Positions 29,304 to 40,179 of a DNA stretch of 64,000 nucleotides are shown piece after piece. Each line of letters begins with the position of its first letter. Position 1 is the first letter of the stretch. The position numbers and the translations under genes were made by a program. The notes beneath the pieces are model-generated. The model saw nothing but the letters and a program-made list of their open reading frames with translations. It did no database searches and had not been told where the DNA came from. The DNA lies in contig OZ246402.1 in assembly GCA_965230975.1 (NCBI GenBank), positions 637,009 through 701,008 of the forward strand, read 5' to 3'. This DNA is from an uncultured Candidatus Saccharibacteria bacterium. Lineage in GTDB: Bacteria > Patescibacteriota > Dojkabacteria > J137.

Positions 29304-29860
29304 ACAATTTCTAATGTAGACCTAATTTGCTTAATAGCACTTGATACATTATCTTGGATTCTTTTATCCAGTTCAATAATTTTAGATTCACTTTGAGCCA
29401 AAATTAATCTTTTTTGCTGTGCTGTGGCATAGGTTCCCAGGTTGTCTAGCAATTTAGATATTATATTGTAAGAATTAATATCACCATTTTGAATAAAAGC
29501 TAACCTATTTAAATTATTGATTAGTTCAGATGTAATTGCTCCAACATATATTTGAAGGTTTAAAATAACTTTCTCTGCTAAGTAATTATCGTTTAAGTCA
29601 AGGTCATCTAGTCCTGTCGCAATTAAGTACTGATCTAGATCGAATTCGAAACTATACTTGTTAGTAACTTTATTATTAATGTTTTTTTTGAGAGTAAGCA
29701 GTAGCGATTTTACAGAATTAGTTTCTTTTGCATTAATTAAGGAAGGTAATAGATATATAGTTATAAATTCTTCAAAAGTACTAGCTTTATTTGTAAATCT
29801 AAAAAGATTACCTGCAATTTCTGCACCTTTAGCATCTGCTATTTGTTGTTCTGTTGGCAT
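29300..29860 (-). CDS. Hypothetical protein
   Basis: 186-aa helical ORF. Confidence 0.6.
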   Translation of the reverse strand: MPTEQQIADAKGAEIAGNLFRFTNKASTFEEFITIYLLPSLINAKETNSVKSLLLTLKKNINNKVTNKYSFEFDLDQYLIATGLDDLDLNDNYLAEKVILNLQIYVGAITSELINNLNRLAFIQNGDINSYNIISKLLDNLGTYATAQQKRLILAQSESKIIELDKRIQDNVSSAIKQIRSTLEIV

Positions 29861-30005
29861 AATACTTTATTTTATCACTTATATTTAAACAGTGGAACGA
29901 GTGCGAATTTATAAATATTAAATTTGAGGTGTTATTCATTCAAAACCTATAGTATAATTCTCGTCTTGGGCATTGTTTGTGGAGTTTAATCGAACTTTAT
30001 AAATA

Positions 30006-32486
30006 ATGTCTAAGCCAAAGTTAATCAAAACATTGCCTCATTTACACCCTCTTTTTTTCAATAAAGAGGCGTTAACTATATCTAGCGAATACTATTCGTT
30101 TACAGCCCGAGATTTTTTGGCTAACATGCAGGTTTTAAGCTTAAAGGAGATTAGGTTTAAGGAAGTTTTAAGATACCTTGAAGCGAACGATTTTGAACGA
30201 GTACCAAAAAATCTCGAGATAAAACAATATTCCTTACGAGGAGATGTAATAACCGCTTGGTTTGTGGGGTATGAATCACCAATAAGAATGGAATTCTTTG
30301 GAGAGGATTTAGAAAAGATGTATTTGGTAGATGAGATATATTCTAAAAAACTTAAAGATATTAAATACTTGGTTATTGGCGGAATAAATGGAAAAGATGA
30401 TTTAAATTCTATAAAAATATCTTTGCCAGAAATAACAAACGAACATTTTGACACAAAATATTTAGAGGTAGAAAAACTAATATTCACAAATTCAATACAA
30501 AATGTAGAGGGTAATGGCTACCAAATAATTAAAACTGATTATCAATTTCCACAACTATTTTATTCAAGGTTAGACCTTTTTGAAAAAGAAGTTGAAAGAT
30601 TAGAAAATCAAGGGTATCACATATATATAAAGACAGAAAACGAAGACTCTTTAGGTTATGAGTTACAAAAATACTTAGATTTACCAAAAGAAAATTCACT
30701 TTTACAAAATATTAAAAATATTGAGTTACTAGCAGGTTTTATTTCAGAGCAGGAAAAGTTGGCAGTATTTACAGATAGAGAACTATTTGGAACTATCTTC
30801 TTAACAAGACCCGAAAGACTTAAAAAATCCACATCTAATATTCAAAGACTTTTGCAACAATTTGAAGGCAATATTGAAATGGGAGATTACGTTGTTCACG
30901 AAGATTACGGAATTGGTATTTATTCTGGTTTAACCCAAGAGATGATAGATGATCAAATGTACGAATATCTATTACTAAAATACGATAAAGAAGATGAATT
31001 GTACGTGCCTATTAATCAAATAGAAAAGATAACCAAATATATTGGTAATGAAGGTGTAGACCCAAAAGTCACAAGGTTAGGTGGTGTAAGTTGGGAGAAT
31101 GTTAAAAGAAAAATTAAAGCCTCTACAAGATTATTGGCAAAAGAACTTATAGAACACTTTGCAAAAAGAGAGGTTTCTAAAGCAAAAGCGATTCCTAATA
31201 AAGATTCTAAAGATTTTAATAAGTTTGTTGAGGAGTTTAAACATGTAGAAACAGATGATCAAATTAGAGCTGTAAACGAGATTGTTGCAGACATGGAAAA
31301 GCCAGTACCAATGGATAGGCTTTTGGTTGGTGACGTTGGTTTTGGTAAAACAGAGGTGTTTATGAGGGCTGCTTTTAAAGCTGTAGAAGATGGTGGGCAA
31401 GTTGCAGTTTTGTCCCCAACAACTGTTTTAACATCTCAACACGATGAGGTCTTTAAAGAGCGTTTTAAAAACTTTCCAATAAGAATAGAGTCAATTTCCC
31501 GATTTAACACCCCACTAGAAAATAAAAAGATTATTGAGGCAGCAAATGATGGGAAAGTAGATATTTTGATTGGAACACACAGACTTTTAAGTAGTGATGT
31601 TAAATTTAAGAACTTGCAATTGGTTATTGTAGATGAAGAGCAGAGATTTGGTGTTAAACAAAAAGAGAAGATTAAACAATTAAATTACGAAGCTCATGTT
31701 TTAGCTGTAAGTGCAACCCCAATACCAAGAACTTTAAGTATGGCGTTATCAACCATTCAAGAGATTTCAATAATCACAACTCCGCCAAAGGGTCGAAAAT
31801 CTATACATACAGAAATTGTTAAAGATGATTGGAACCACATTGCCAAGGCAATTCAATTTGAAATAAATCGTGGTGGCCAAGTTTTCTTTTTACACAACAA
31901 GATTCAAAACATGGGTTTTATAGAAGAAAAACTTGGCCAGCTTGTTCCTGGTTTACGTATAGTTTCTGCACATGGTCAAATGAACTCAGATAAGCTAGAT
32001 GGCATTATGGATGACTTTTACCACAAGAAATATGATTTATTAATTTCTACCACAATAATTGAAAATGGGCTCGACCTGCCAAATGTTAATACAATTATAG
32101 TTAATAACGCACATAGATTTGGTTTATCCCAACTTTACCAGTTAAGAGGCCGGGTTGGCAGGTCCGACAGGCAATCATTTTGCTATCTTTTATATCAAGG
32201 TCAAGATTTGAAAGCTTTAGAGCAAGAGGATGAAAAGTCTAATAAAAGAAAAAGAAACAAAAAGTATTTAGAAAGATTAAACTCTTTAGTTGAAAATCAA
32301 GATTTGGGCGCAGGTTTTAGAATCGCAAGTAAAGATTTAGAGATTCGAGGCGCAGGTAATTTATTGGGCGAGCAACAGAGTGGCCATATTGCTGCAATTG
32401 GTTATGCACTTTATGTAGAATTACTAGCTCAAGAGGTAGAAAAGATTAGAGAGGTTATGAACCCTTCATACAAACCTTTGATTTAA
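30006..32486 (+). CDS. mfd: Transcription-repair coupling factor, short form
   Basis: GDYVVHEDYGIG (CarD/RID), MDRLLVGDVGFGKT, DEEQRFG, QLRGRVGR, DLEIRGAGNLLG. Confidence 0.92.
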   Translation: MSKPKLIKTLPHLHPLFFNKEALTISSEYYSFTARDFLANMQVLSLKEIRFKEVLRYLEANDFERVPKNLEIKQYSLRGDVITAWFVGYESPIRMEFFGEDLEKMYLVDEIYSKKLKDIKYLVIGGINGKDDLNSIKISLPEITNEHFDTKYLEVEKLIFTNSIQNVEGNGYQIIKTDYQFPQLFYSRLDLFEKEVERLENQGYHIYIKTENEDSLGYELQKYLDLPKENSLLQNIKNIELLAGFISEQEKLAVFTDRELFGTIFLTRPERLKKSTSNIQRLLQQFEGNIEMGDYVVHEDYGIGIYSGLTQEMIDDQMYEYLLLKYDKEDELYVPINQIEKITKYIGNEGVDPKVTRLGGVSWENVKRKIKASTRLLAKELIEHFAKREVSKAKAIPNKDSKDFNKFVEEFKHVETDDQIRAVNEIVADMEKPVPMDRLLVGDVGFGKTEVFMRAAFKAVEDGGQVAVLSPTTVLTSQHDEVFKERFKNFPIRIESISRFNTPLENKKIIEAANDGKVDILIGTHRLLSSDVKFKNLQLVIVDEEQRFGVKQKEKIKQLNYEAHVLAVSATPIPRTLSMALSTIQEISIITTPPKGRKSIHTEIVKDDWNHIAKAIQFEINRGGQVFFLHNKIQNMGFIEEKLGQLVPGLRIVSAHGQMNSDKLDGIMDDFYHKKYDLLISTTIIENGLDLPNVNTIIVNNAHRFGLSQLYQLRGRVGRSDRQSFCYLLYQGQDLKALEQEDEKSNKRKRNKKYLERLNSLVENQDLGAGFRIASKDLEIRGAGNLLGEQQSGHIAAIGYALYVELLAQEVEKIREVMNPSYKPLI

Positions 32487-32504
32487 GGTTATCTTTGACT
32501 GTAT

Positions 32505-33350
32505 TTAACCTTCTTTTGGCTCACTAACATCAAAGTGATTTGTCCAACCGAGTCCGTTTTCTCTTAATACAGCTGTTATTAGGGCAATTAAAGTCCGTGA
32601 ATATTGCGGTCCAAGTGGTAAAAATGGGTCAAATCTGTATTCCCTATATTTACTTTCTTCTAAATCTTTATTTTCAGCTCTAAGTTGTAGGCTTAACTTG
32701 CACAATGCAAGGTAAATAATAAAATCAATAAGACCAGTTACAATTAAATAAATTTGTGGGTTTTTAATATCTAAATTTAAAACCAATGCTATTGCAAAAA
32801 AAGAAAGTACCCATATTTGACTTGCCTCTAAAACCCTATCTGTTATAGTTTTATCATTAAATTTAGCTAGAATAATATCCCGTAATGACTTATCTGTGTA
32901 TTGGTTTAAATAAGTAACCCATTCGTCAATGTTATTAATATCTTTCTCGGAATTTTGGATTTTTTGAATAATAAGCTGTCTATTAAGATGCATTTCTACC
33001 GGTATTTTTCGAATAGTGTTATTAATTAAATGTAAATGTAAATCTTGTACATCTGATTTTAGTATTCTAAATTTTTTTGCCCGTTTTACTTTACCTTTAG
33101 ATCTATCCATAACCATTGTGTCACCAATACTACCTCCAAAAGAGACCACTACTTCATCTTGTCCAAGATTTTCAAAAATAATATCTATATCCGATAAACC
33201 AATAAATTTAGCAAGCCGCTCCAAGTTTTTGGGGTTGAAAACAAGTTTGGAAGCATCTGTTCCATCTGGGAACTGAAGTTTTACATAAACCGCAGATTCT
33301 GGGTTTTTATATTCAAAAACATTTTTTGGTTTATTTTCAAGATTATCCAC
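32505..33350 (-). CDS. Hypothetical membrane protein
   Basis: 281 aa, two hydrophobic segments. Confidence 0.6.
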   Translation of the reverse strand: MDNLENKPKNVFEYKNPESAVYVKLQFPDGTDASKLVFNPKNLERLAKFIGLSDIDIIFENLGQDEVVVSFGGSIGDTMVMDRSKGKVKRAKKFRILKSDVQDLHLHLINNTIRKIPVEMHLNRQLIIQKIQNSEKDINNIDEWVTYLNQYTDKSLRDIILAKFNDKTITDRVLEASQIWVLSFFAIALVLNLDIKNPQIYLIVTGLIDFIIYLALCKLSLQLRAENKDLEESKYREYRFDPFLPLGPQYSRTLIALITAVLRENGLGWTNHFDVSEPKEG

Positions 33351-33543
33351 ATTAGTAATTTTGCAGGATTATAGCAGGTAGTATTTAAATTAGTAAATTT
33401 GCTATCAAAATCCTGAGCAAAGGAATAAAATATAAAAATTATCTAAAATTTATCAGTTCTTAGGCTAAATCAGACATAAAAAGAATAATTGTAAGGTTAC
33501 AGCCCTCTTTACTAGATAATTCAAACAATTAATTTATTATCAC

Positions 33544-36465
33544 TTGTTTATGACAGATGCAGTAAGAACATTGCAATCTAGCGATTTAGCAGATAATTTA
33601 TCAAATAATACTACTTATGATCTTTTGATATCAGATTTATTAAAAAAATATGAATCTAGTGGAGTAGCGTTTGCCCCTAACGATGTTAAGTATCTTTTAC
33701 TCTTTGCAAAAGAGATGCACGAAAGATGGAAAGATGGGTTAAATGGCGCAACAGCAGTAAGATCAACAACTGATATTAATTGGTTAAAAAACCATGAATC
33801 ACCAACAGAAGATGACCGAGTGTTGGTTGGCAAGTTAGCCGATGGTACTCAAGGTGCTATTATCTCTAACTGTACTTTTGATGAATTGCCACTTGATTGG
33901 AAACTTGAAAACATACAAGATTTATTAGAGGCATTCAAAATTGTTCAAGAATTTTATAAATCGGGTAGAAATATTAATAGTAAAAATATTCAAGAAGTTT
34001 CAAAGTTACTGCACACAGCATGGGTAGAAAGAACAATTGCAAGAACACCCGAAAGAGAATCTCAAATAGAAAAAGATTACGATAAGTTAAGTGCACTTTA
34101 TTTGCACCGAAATAATGCATATAGATTAGAAATGGCGAGAGATATGCTATTAAGGTTAAGGTTCTTAAATGGTGGCATTACAGAAATTAAAGACAGGAAT
34201 AGCTTAAGGCAATCTATGCAACTTGAAGTTGCAAGCAGAAAAAGATTACCAGTCCCGGTTGGATACCCAGAAGAATGGGGAAATCCGAATTTGTCTAAAA
34301 TGACTTTTACCGATCAAGAGATTTCAACTTGGGTTGAATCTGATATGCGTGGTGAAGTTTTAATACAAATGATATTGCAAAAAAGTGGAAAAACTCTATC
34401 TGAAGTAGCAAATTTAAATAACGATACGGGTCTAGGATTTTCAATTTATCCAATTCATGACAATTTGATTAAGAAACAAGGTAAATTATTAACACAAGAT
34501 AAATGGAAAATCAGAAGTGCAAATGAATATATCAGAGGAATTTACCCAGAAGATATAATCGAACGTTTGAAATCAGGAGTCAATATCCCACTATCAATTG
34601 ACCCAAGATCAGGAGAATTAACATTCTATCAGGGTTTTTACTGGGACCCAGGCTTGAATTTTGCCGGAGATGCAGTTTTAGCTGGTGCAACTATAGTGGA
34701 TGGCAGGTTAGCATTTTCTGTACTTACAATTGACCCAGCAGTGTTCCCAGGTTATAAGGCAATTCCGGGTGGAATGGTTGAGTCTGGAGATATTCAAATC
34801 AAAGGGGCAATTGCAAATAGCACTCAATTACGAGAGCTATACGAAGAAACTCATGTTCAAATTAGCCCAGAATGCAGAGTTCCAGGTACCGAACTTCAAA
34901 GAAAGGTTGTAGAAGGTAGAGGTACTTTAACAAATGTGGCATTTAGCGAAGCATTTGTTTACTTAATTCCAATTGATAGTCCTTTCGAAATTAATGCTAC
35001 ACCTGGCGATGATGCACTAGGTGCTCGAATGCAAGTTGCTAATTCAGATTTATTTAAGCAGTTTCACTCACCAACACATGTTGAATTTGTACAAGAAGCA
35101 ATTAAGATTTTTGAACAACAAAACCCGGGTCTTGTTGTTGGTGAAGATGGATACATCTATTTGACTGAAGGCGTTGAGATAAACAAGGTAGATGGTGAGC
35201 TAATGTTAAAGACGGGTTATAGATTTGATAGTGTTAACGGTAAAGTTGTATCTATTGAATCTGAAGAATTCACTAAGAACTTAAAGGTTGTAGAAGATGA
35301 AGCTGAGGCTTATGCATCCTTTAGAAACATTATTGGTGAAAATAGTAAATTTAATAAGAATATTTTTGAATTATTCAATTCAGAATATACCTCTAATCTT
35401 AAAGTATGGGGTCAAACTACAATTACTAACCTTACTGATGCTCAATTAACTCAAATAAAACAATGGGCAGAATCTGGATTTGGTAAAGGTAAGTTCTTTG
35501 TAAAAGTTTTAGGTAAAGACGTGATTATAGAAAGAGCATTCTACAAATCCGCCCCTAAAAAGATGGTAAGGCTTTATGTACCAGAAAAATTAGAAGATAG
35601 AAGGGCTTTAATTAGAGCTGAACTCTCAAATCTTTTAGAATCAGAAGAAAACAAGTTCTTGTTTGAAGATTTAAGAGGTGTAGTATCCTTAATTGGAGGT
35701 GCATCTTTAATATCTGCCGAAAAAGCTGGGTCTATAGATCGCAGGCTTCAAGATATTCTTGTAATTGTGCAACAAAAGCTTAATGGTAAATTTGCTGTTG
35801 TAGATGGTGGTACAGATACTGGCGTTATGAAATCTGTAGGTAATGCAGAAAGAAGGCTAAATGGAATGTTAACAAGCATAGGTGTTTCTCCATTGGGCGG
35901 AATGACAAACTGGTTTGCACCCTTAAATACTCAACACGATTTATCTTTAGTTTTAAATAATTGTAATGACTTTGGTGAAGAAACTGAATTCATGATGATT
36001 TTAATTTCAGAATTAATTAACTTAATGAATAGAGGCAGTGCATTCACAATCTTAGCAAATGGAGGAAAAATTACGGTTGTAGAAGCATTTAGTAATGTAA
36101 GAGAGGGTAGAAAGGTCTTAGTTTTGAGTGATTCTGGTAGAACTTGTGACTTACTTGAAACAATGTTAGCCGGGAATTCAGTAAAGATTGGCGCTACTGG
36201 TAGAGAAACTTTAGCCGGAGACGATACTAAGAACTTGAACGAAATTGTGAATCAGCTACTAAAAACTTACAACGAGCAAGGCTTTGCCGATGAAATTACT
36301 AAGTGTATTGTATCAAATGAAGGTAAGAAGATTATGGAATTCGATATTTCAAGAAGTCCTGTCATTTTAGAAAGATTAAGACAAGACTTTATTGTTGCTA
36401 AGGGGTCTACAATGTCCGAACTTGAGGCAGATGTAAATGCAATTCTGTCTTTAGCGCAAGTATAA
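33544..36465 (+). CDS. RyR-like repeats + NUDT9-like NUDIX + SLOG (TRPM/LSDAT-type) multidomain protein
   Basis: MHERW...FDELP..WK.EN / LHTAW...YDKLS; GLNFAGD, AIPGGMVESG, RELYEET, GDDA; VSLIGGA, DGGTDTGVM, FGEET, LANGG, SGRTCD. Confidence 0.75.
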   Translation: MFMTDAVRTLQSSDLADNLSNNTTYDLLISDLLKKYESSGVAFAPNDVKYLLLFAKEMHERWKDGLNGATAVRSTTDINWLKNHESPTEDDRVLVGKLADGTQGAIISNCTFDELPLDWKLENIQDLLEAFKIVQEFYKSGRNINSKNIQEVSKLLHTAWVERTIARTPERESQIEKDYDKLSALYLHRNNAYRLEMARDMLLRLRFLNGGITEIKDRNSLRQSMQLEVASRKRLPVPVGYPEEWGNPNLSKMTFTDQEISTWVESDMRGEVLIQMILQKSGKTLSEVANLNNDTGLGFSIYPIHDNLIKKQGKLLTQDKWKIRSANEYIRGIYPEDIIERLKSGVNIPLSIDPRSGELTFYQGFYWDPGLNFAGDAVLAGATIVDGRLAFSVLTIDPAVFPGYKAIPGGMVESGDIQIKGAIANSTQLRELYEETHVQISPECRVPGTELQRKVVEGRGTLTNVAFSEAFVYLIPIDSPFEINATPGDDALGARMQVANSDLFKQFHSPTHVEFVQEAIKIFEQQNPGLVVGEDGYIYLTEGVEINKVDGELMLKTGYRFDSVNGKVVSIESEEFTKNLKVVEDEAEAYASFRNIIGENSKFNKNIFELFNSEYTSNLKVWGQTTITNLTDAQLTQIKQWAESGFGKGKFFVKVLGKDVIIERAFYKSAPKKMVRLYVPEKLEDRRALIRAELSNLLESEENKFLFEDLRGVVSLIGGASLISAEKAGSIDRRLQDILVIVQQKLNGKFAVVDGGTDTGVMKSVGNAERRLNGMLTSIGVSPLGGMTNWFAPLNTQHDLSLVLNNCNDFGEETEFMMILISELINLMNRGSAFTILANGGKITVVEAFSNVREGRKVLVLSDSGRTCDLLETMLAGNSVKIGATGRETLAGDDTKNLNEIVNQLLKTYNEQGFADEITKCIVSNEGKKIMEFDISRSPVILERLRQDFIVAKGSTMSELEADVNAILSLAQV

Positions 36466-36492
36466 GGTTAATAGCTATAATGTAACTCCCCC

Positions 36493-36520
36493 GGGCCTCA
36501 GTTTCACTGAGGCCCTTTAT
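36493..36520 (+). terminator. Rho-independent terminator
   Basis: GGGCCTCAGT-TTC-ACTGAGGCCC-TTTAT, perfect 10-bp stem. Confidence 0.85.
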
Positions 36521-36572
36521 TTAGAGCTTTTTAAATCAAAGTTTTATTGACAAAGATAAAGACTATTTGTGA

Positions 36573-36953
36573 TCAAGCTTCGTAGTTTTGGTTAAAGCTT
36601 CTATTAAGTTCTTCTAATCTATCTTGCAAATTTATTTCGAACATCTCTCTGCTATAATCATGAATTACTATTAAGGCATCTGTAATTCTACTTTTTTCTT
36701 TATCTGTTGTTGCATGCTTTAGTAATTGATCTAGAGTTGTAATTGCATCTTTGTATTCAATATTGTAGTAATTTAGTACATCTAAATACACGCAAAGCTT
36801 ATCGGGGTCATCTTCTTCACATCTCAAGTCTAATTCATAGTCTTCAAGCAATTTATTTGTATGCAATAAAAACATTGTTGGAGTTAATTGGGAGGCTTCT
36901 ATAAACCATGGAGGAGTTTGTACTCTTGGATTATAATGATTTGCTAATGCCAT
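36573..36953 (-). CDS. Hypothetical protein
   Basis: 126-aa ORF. Confidence 0.55.
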   Translation of the reverse strand: MALANHYNPRVQTPPWFIEASQLTPTMFLLHTNKLLEDYELDLRCEEDDPDKLCVYLDVLNYYNIEYKDAITTLDQLLKHATTDKEKSRITDALIVIHDYSREMFEINLQDRLEELNRSFNQNYEA

Positions 36954-37107
36954 AATTTAATCTTAGATACATGCATTTTAATACTTAAATTATAAAAGTA
37001 AACACCATTTTCTTTTATAGGATATGATTTCTTAAACTTTAAATAGATAGTATAATTCAAAGGCAGGCAGTGCAACTGTAAAACAATATAACTATAAAAC
37101 TATTATT

Positions 37108-38187
37108 ATGAACTTATCTTTAGGAATTGTGGGTTTACCAAATGTAGGTAAATCAACACTATTTAATGCATTAACTAATCAGCAAGTACCAGCAGAGAAC
37201 TATCCATTTACAACTATAGATCCAAATAGTGGAGTAGTTGCAGTAAAAGACAAAAGGTTAGATTTTTTAGTAAAAGTTGCTAACCCCGCAAAGATTACAC
37301 CAGCTGTTGTAGAATTCGTAGATATTGCAGGTTTAATTAAAGGTGCGGCATCTGGAGAGGGTTTAGGTAATAAATTTTTAGCTAATATTAAAGAGGTTAG
37401 TGCAATTGTGCATGTTGTTAGAGCTTTTCATAACAATAACATAACACACGTGGAAAACTCTGTTAACCCAACAAGAGATATAGAGCTTATAAATACAGAG
37501 CTTATTTTAAAAGATTTAGAAACTGTAGAAAAAAGAATAAAAGACTTACAAAGTAGATCTAGAGCAGATAGCAAGCTTTTAAAAGCCTACGAACATGTTA
37601 CAAAATTACACATTCATTTAAGCGAAGGTAAGTTAGGGGTAGATTTTCCGTATACCCAAGATGAATTGATAGATAAGGAAAGAAAAGATCTCTTTTTACT
37701 AACGGATAAACCAGTTATATATTTAATAAACTCTACCGATGGCGAACAGTCAGAACTTGCTCAACAAGTAATTAAAGCAATTGGAAATAAACCATACATT
37801 GTAATGGATGTAAAAACTGAACATGAGTTATCTGCCATGAACGACGAAGATAGAGCAATGTTTATGCAAGATTTAGGCATGGAAGATACTGGTTTAAATC
37901 AACTAACTAGAGTTGCGTATAAAACATTAGGCTTAATATCTTTCTTTACAGAAGGTCCTGAAGAGGTTAGAGCCTGGACAATTAAACAAGGTTTTAAAGC
38001 ACCTCAAGCTGCTGGGACAATTCATACAGATTTTGAAAAAAAGTTTATTACTGCAGAAATATGTTCTTATGAAGATTTTGAAGCAGTAGGGAGTTGGAAC
38101 AATGCCAAAGCTCAAGGCAAATTAAGATTAGAAGGTAAAGAATACTTAATGAAAGATGGTGATATTGTTATATTTAGGCACGGTTAA
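37108..38187 (+). CDS. ychF: Ribosome-binding ATPase YchF
   Basis: GIVGLPNVGKSTLFNALT, NYPFTTI, FVDIAGL, TGS domain ending EGKEYLMKDGD. Confidence 0.97.
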   Translation: MNLSLGIVGLPNVGKSTLFNALTNQQVPAENYPFTTIDPNSGVVAVKDKRLDFLVKVANPAKITPAVVEFVDIAGLIKGAASGEGLGNKFLANIKEVSAIVHVVRAFHNNNITHVENSVNPTRDIELINTELILKDLETVEKRIKDLQSRSRADSKLLKAYEHVTKLHIHLSEGKLGVDFPYTQDELIDKERKDLFLLTDKPVIYLINSTDGEQSELAQQVIKAIGNKPYIVMDVKTEHELSAMNDEDRAMFMQDLGMEDTGLNQLTRVAYKTLGLISFFTEGPEEVRAWTIKQGFKAPQAAGTIHTDFEKKFITAEICSYEDFEAVGSWNNAKAQGKLRLEGKEYLMKDGDIVIFRHG

Positions 38188-38207
38188 AACATAAAACCAG
38201 ACACATC

Positions 38208-39095
38208 TTAGTTAGGGTAAGAGACGGGCCCAGAAACCGGGTAAGAAGGTACACTCACTAAATTAATTTTCTTTCTTGTGTAGTTAAGAGTTACTAGCTT
38301 TTTATTGCCATAAGTGTCTGCTAATGTGAACCTTACTATATTAGAACCCTCTTCTAAATCAATTTGTTTGGTAAAATAACCGTCACTATCTGCAACTAAT
38401 AGCTCATCATCAAAAATAATTTTAGAATTAACTTCTGTATATCCATACAATCTTACAAATCTCTCTTGTGTAATAAAATTATCTCTTGGAGAGATTGATA
38501 TAAGTTCTGGCGGGGTAAAGTCTTTAAAAAACTCATACAAATAACCTTGATCGCTTAAAAATGTTATTAAAGATTTATACCTATCATCAGAGGTTAATTT
38601 AGATCTTTCAAAATCGTATTGTTCAATTTGTGAACCAACAAACAATAGTTGCGAATTTAAATTTAAAATTTTATTGTTAAAAGCCGCATCTCCATCGGTT
38701 GTTATAACACCATCTTCTGCATCAATTAAAACTTTATATTTATTTGCTAACAAATATCTGCTACCTTGAAGTTCTAAATTAAAATTCTGACCACTTAGTA
38801 AAACGGTACCTTTATTTAACTTTAAACTATCACTTGTTAATTCAATACTAGAACCAGCTAAACCATAGATTTGAAAATCGTCCGTTATTAAAGTGAAGTT
38901 GTTATCTAGTTCAATAAGGTTGCCAGTAATAGTTTTTTTATTTGAAACTCCATTAGCAAACTCTGTAACTTGAAAGCTAGTTATGCTTGGCTTTCTATTA
39001 TTTTGAATATATGTATAAATAACTATTGCGTTAATCGCAATAAATACAATGGCGCAAAAAGTTATAATTATTCTTAAGTAAATTTTCTTTTCCAT
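38208..39095 (-). CDS. Membrane-anchored beta-rich protein with C-terminal Ig-like domain
   Basis: N-terminal TM; PPELISISP...G.F...IDL.EG.N......D..GN. Confidence 0.6.
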   Translation of the reverse strand: MEKKIYLRIIITFCAIVFIAINAIVIYTYIQNNRKPSITSFQVTEFANGVSNKKTITGNLIELDNNFTLITDDFQIYGLAGSSIELTSDSLKLNKGTVLLSGQNFNLELQGSRYLLANKYKVLIDAEDGVITTDGDAAFNNKILNLNSQLLFVGSQIEQYDFERSKLTSDDRYKSLITFLSDQGYLYEFFKDFTPPELISISPRDNFITQERFVRLYGYTEVNSKIIFDDELLVADSDGYFTKQIDLEEGSNIVRFTLADTYGNKKLVTLNYTRKKINLVSVPSYPVSGPVSYPN

Positions 39096-39246
39096 TATTA
39101 AGCTATAAGTAAACTTAGTCTATCAAAATTTTAGTAAGAGTTTAATACAAAAGATTAGGTATTTATAAATCAATCCATATTGCCTCAAAAAGAGTATGAT
39201 AGTATCATCTTAGGATTAAATAAAATTTACTTTTTAATATAAGTTT

Positions 39247-40179
39247 ATGTCTTCTTTAAAAGTCATGGGACATGTAAACCCAGATACAGATTCAACATGC
39301 TCACCAATAGTATATGCATGGTATTTATCTAATTTTAAAGGTTTAGAAGCTAAGGCATATTTGGCTGGTGAACCTAATAAAGAAGCACTTTACGTTTTAA
39401 ACAAGTTTGGTATTGAAAAACCAACAATTATTTCTCAACTTTCAGAAGGAGATAAAATAGTATTGATAGACACTAACAATGCAGATGAGTTGTTGCCAGG
39501 ATTTGAAAAGAGCGAGATAGTTGAAATTGTGGATCACCACAAATTGTTTGGCAATTTAATAACATCATCTCCAATAAAAATAACAATGGAACCAGTTGCT
39601 TGCGTAGCAACTATTATTTGGGAAAAAATAAAATCTGAAAATCAATCTACCATGCCAATTGAAATGGCTGGTTTATTATTATCTTCTATTCTTTCAGATA
39701 CACTTAAGTTTACTAGTCCCACAACCACAGCTAAAGATAAAACTGCAGCAAATGAACTTGCAGAAATTGCATTAGTAGATATTAACGAGTTATCTAGTGC
39801 AATGTTTGAGGCAAAGTCTGACTTAAGCGGAATGACTGCAGATGATATTTTACATGTAGATAGCAAGGTTTTTGAATTTGGAGATAAGAAATTAAGAATC
39901 TCAGTTTTAGAAACTACAAAACCTGCAAATGCTCTCTCTATGATAGAAGACATAAAGCTTAGAATGAATGAACTAAAAAGAGAAGGTATAGATGGAGTTA
40001 TGTTATATGTTGTAGATATTTTAAATACATCTTCAGAAGTTATTGTTCCATCAGAGTTTGAAAGAGATATTGTTAGCAAAGCTCATAATGTAGAATTTAC
40101 AGGCGAAACAGTTACATTACCTGGAGTAGTATCTAGAAAAAAGCAAATAGCACCAAACATTGAAAAAGTTTTAAGCTAA
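39247..40179 (+). CDS. ppaC: Manganese-dependent inorganic pyrophosphatase
   Basis: GHVNPDTDS, VDHH, SDTLKFTSPTTT, SRKKQ. Confidence 0.96.
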   Translation: MSSLKVMGHVNPDTDSTCSPIVYAWYLSNFKGLEAKAYLAGEPNKEALYVLNKFGIEKPTIISQLSEGDKIVLIDTNNADELLPGFEKSEIVEIVDHHKLFGNLITSSPIKITMEPVACVATIIWEKIKSENQSTMPIEMAGLLLSSILSDTLKFTSPTTTAKDKTAANELAEIALVDINELSSAMFEAKSDLSGMTADDILHVDSKVFEFGDKKLRISVLETTKPANALSMIEDIKLRMNELKREGIDGVMLYVVDILNTSSEVIVPSEFERDIVSKAHNVEFTGETVTLPGVVSRKKQIAPNIEKVLS

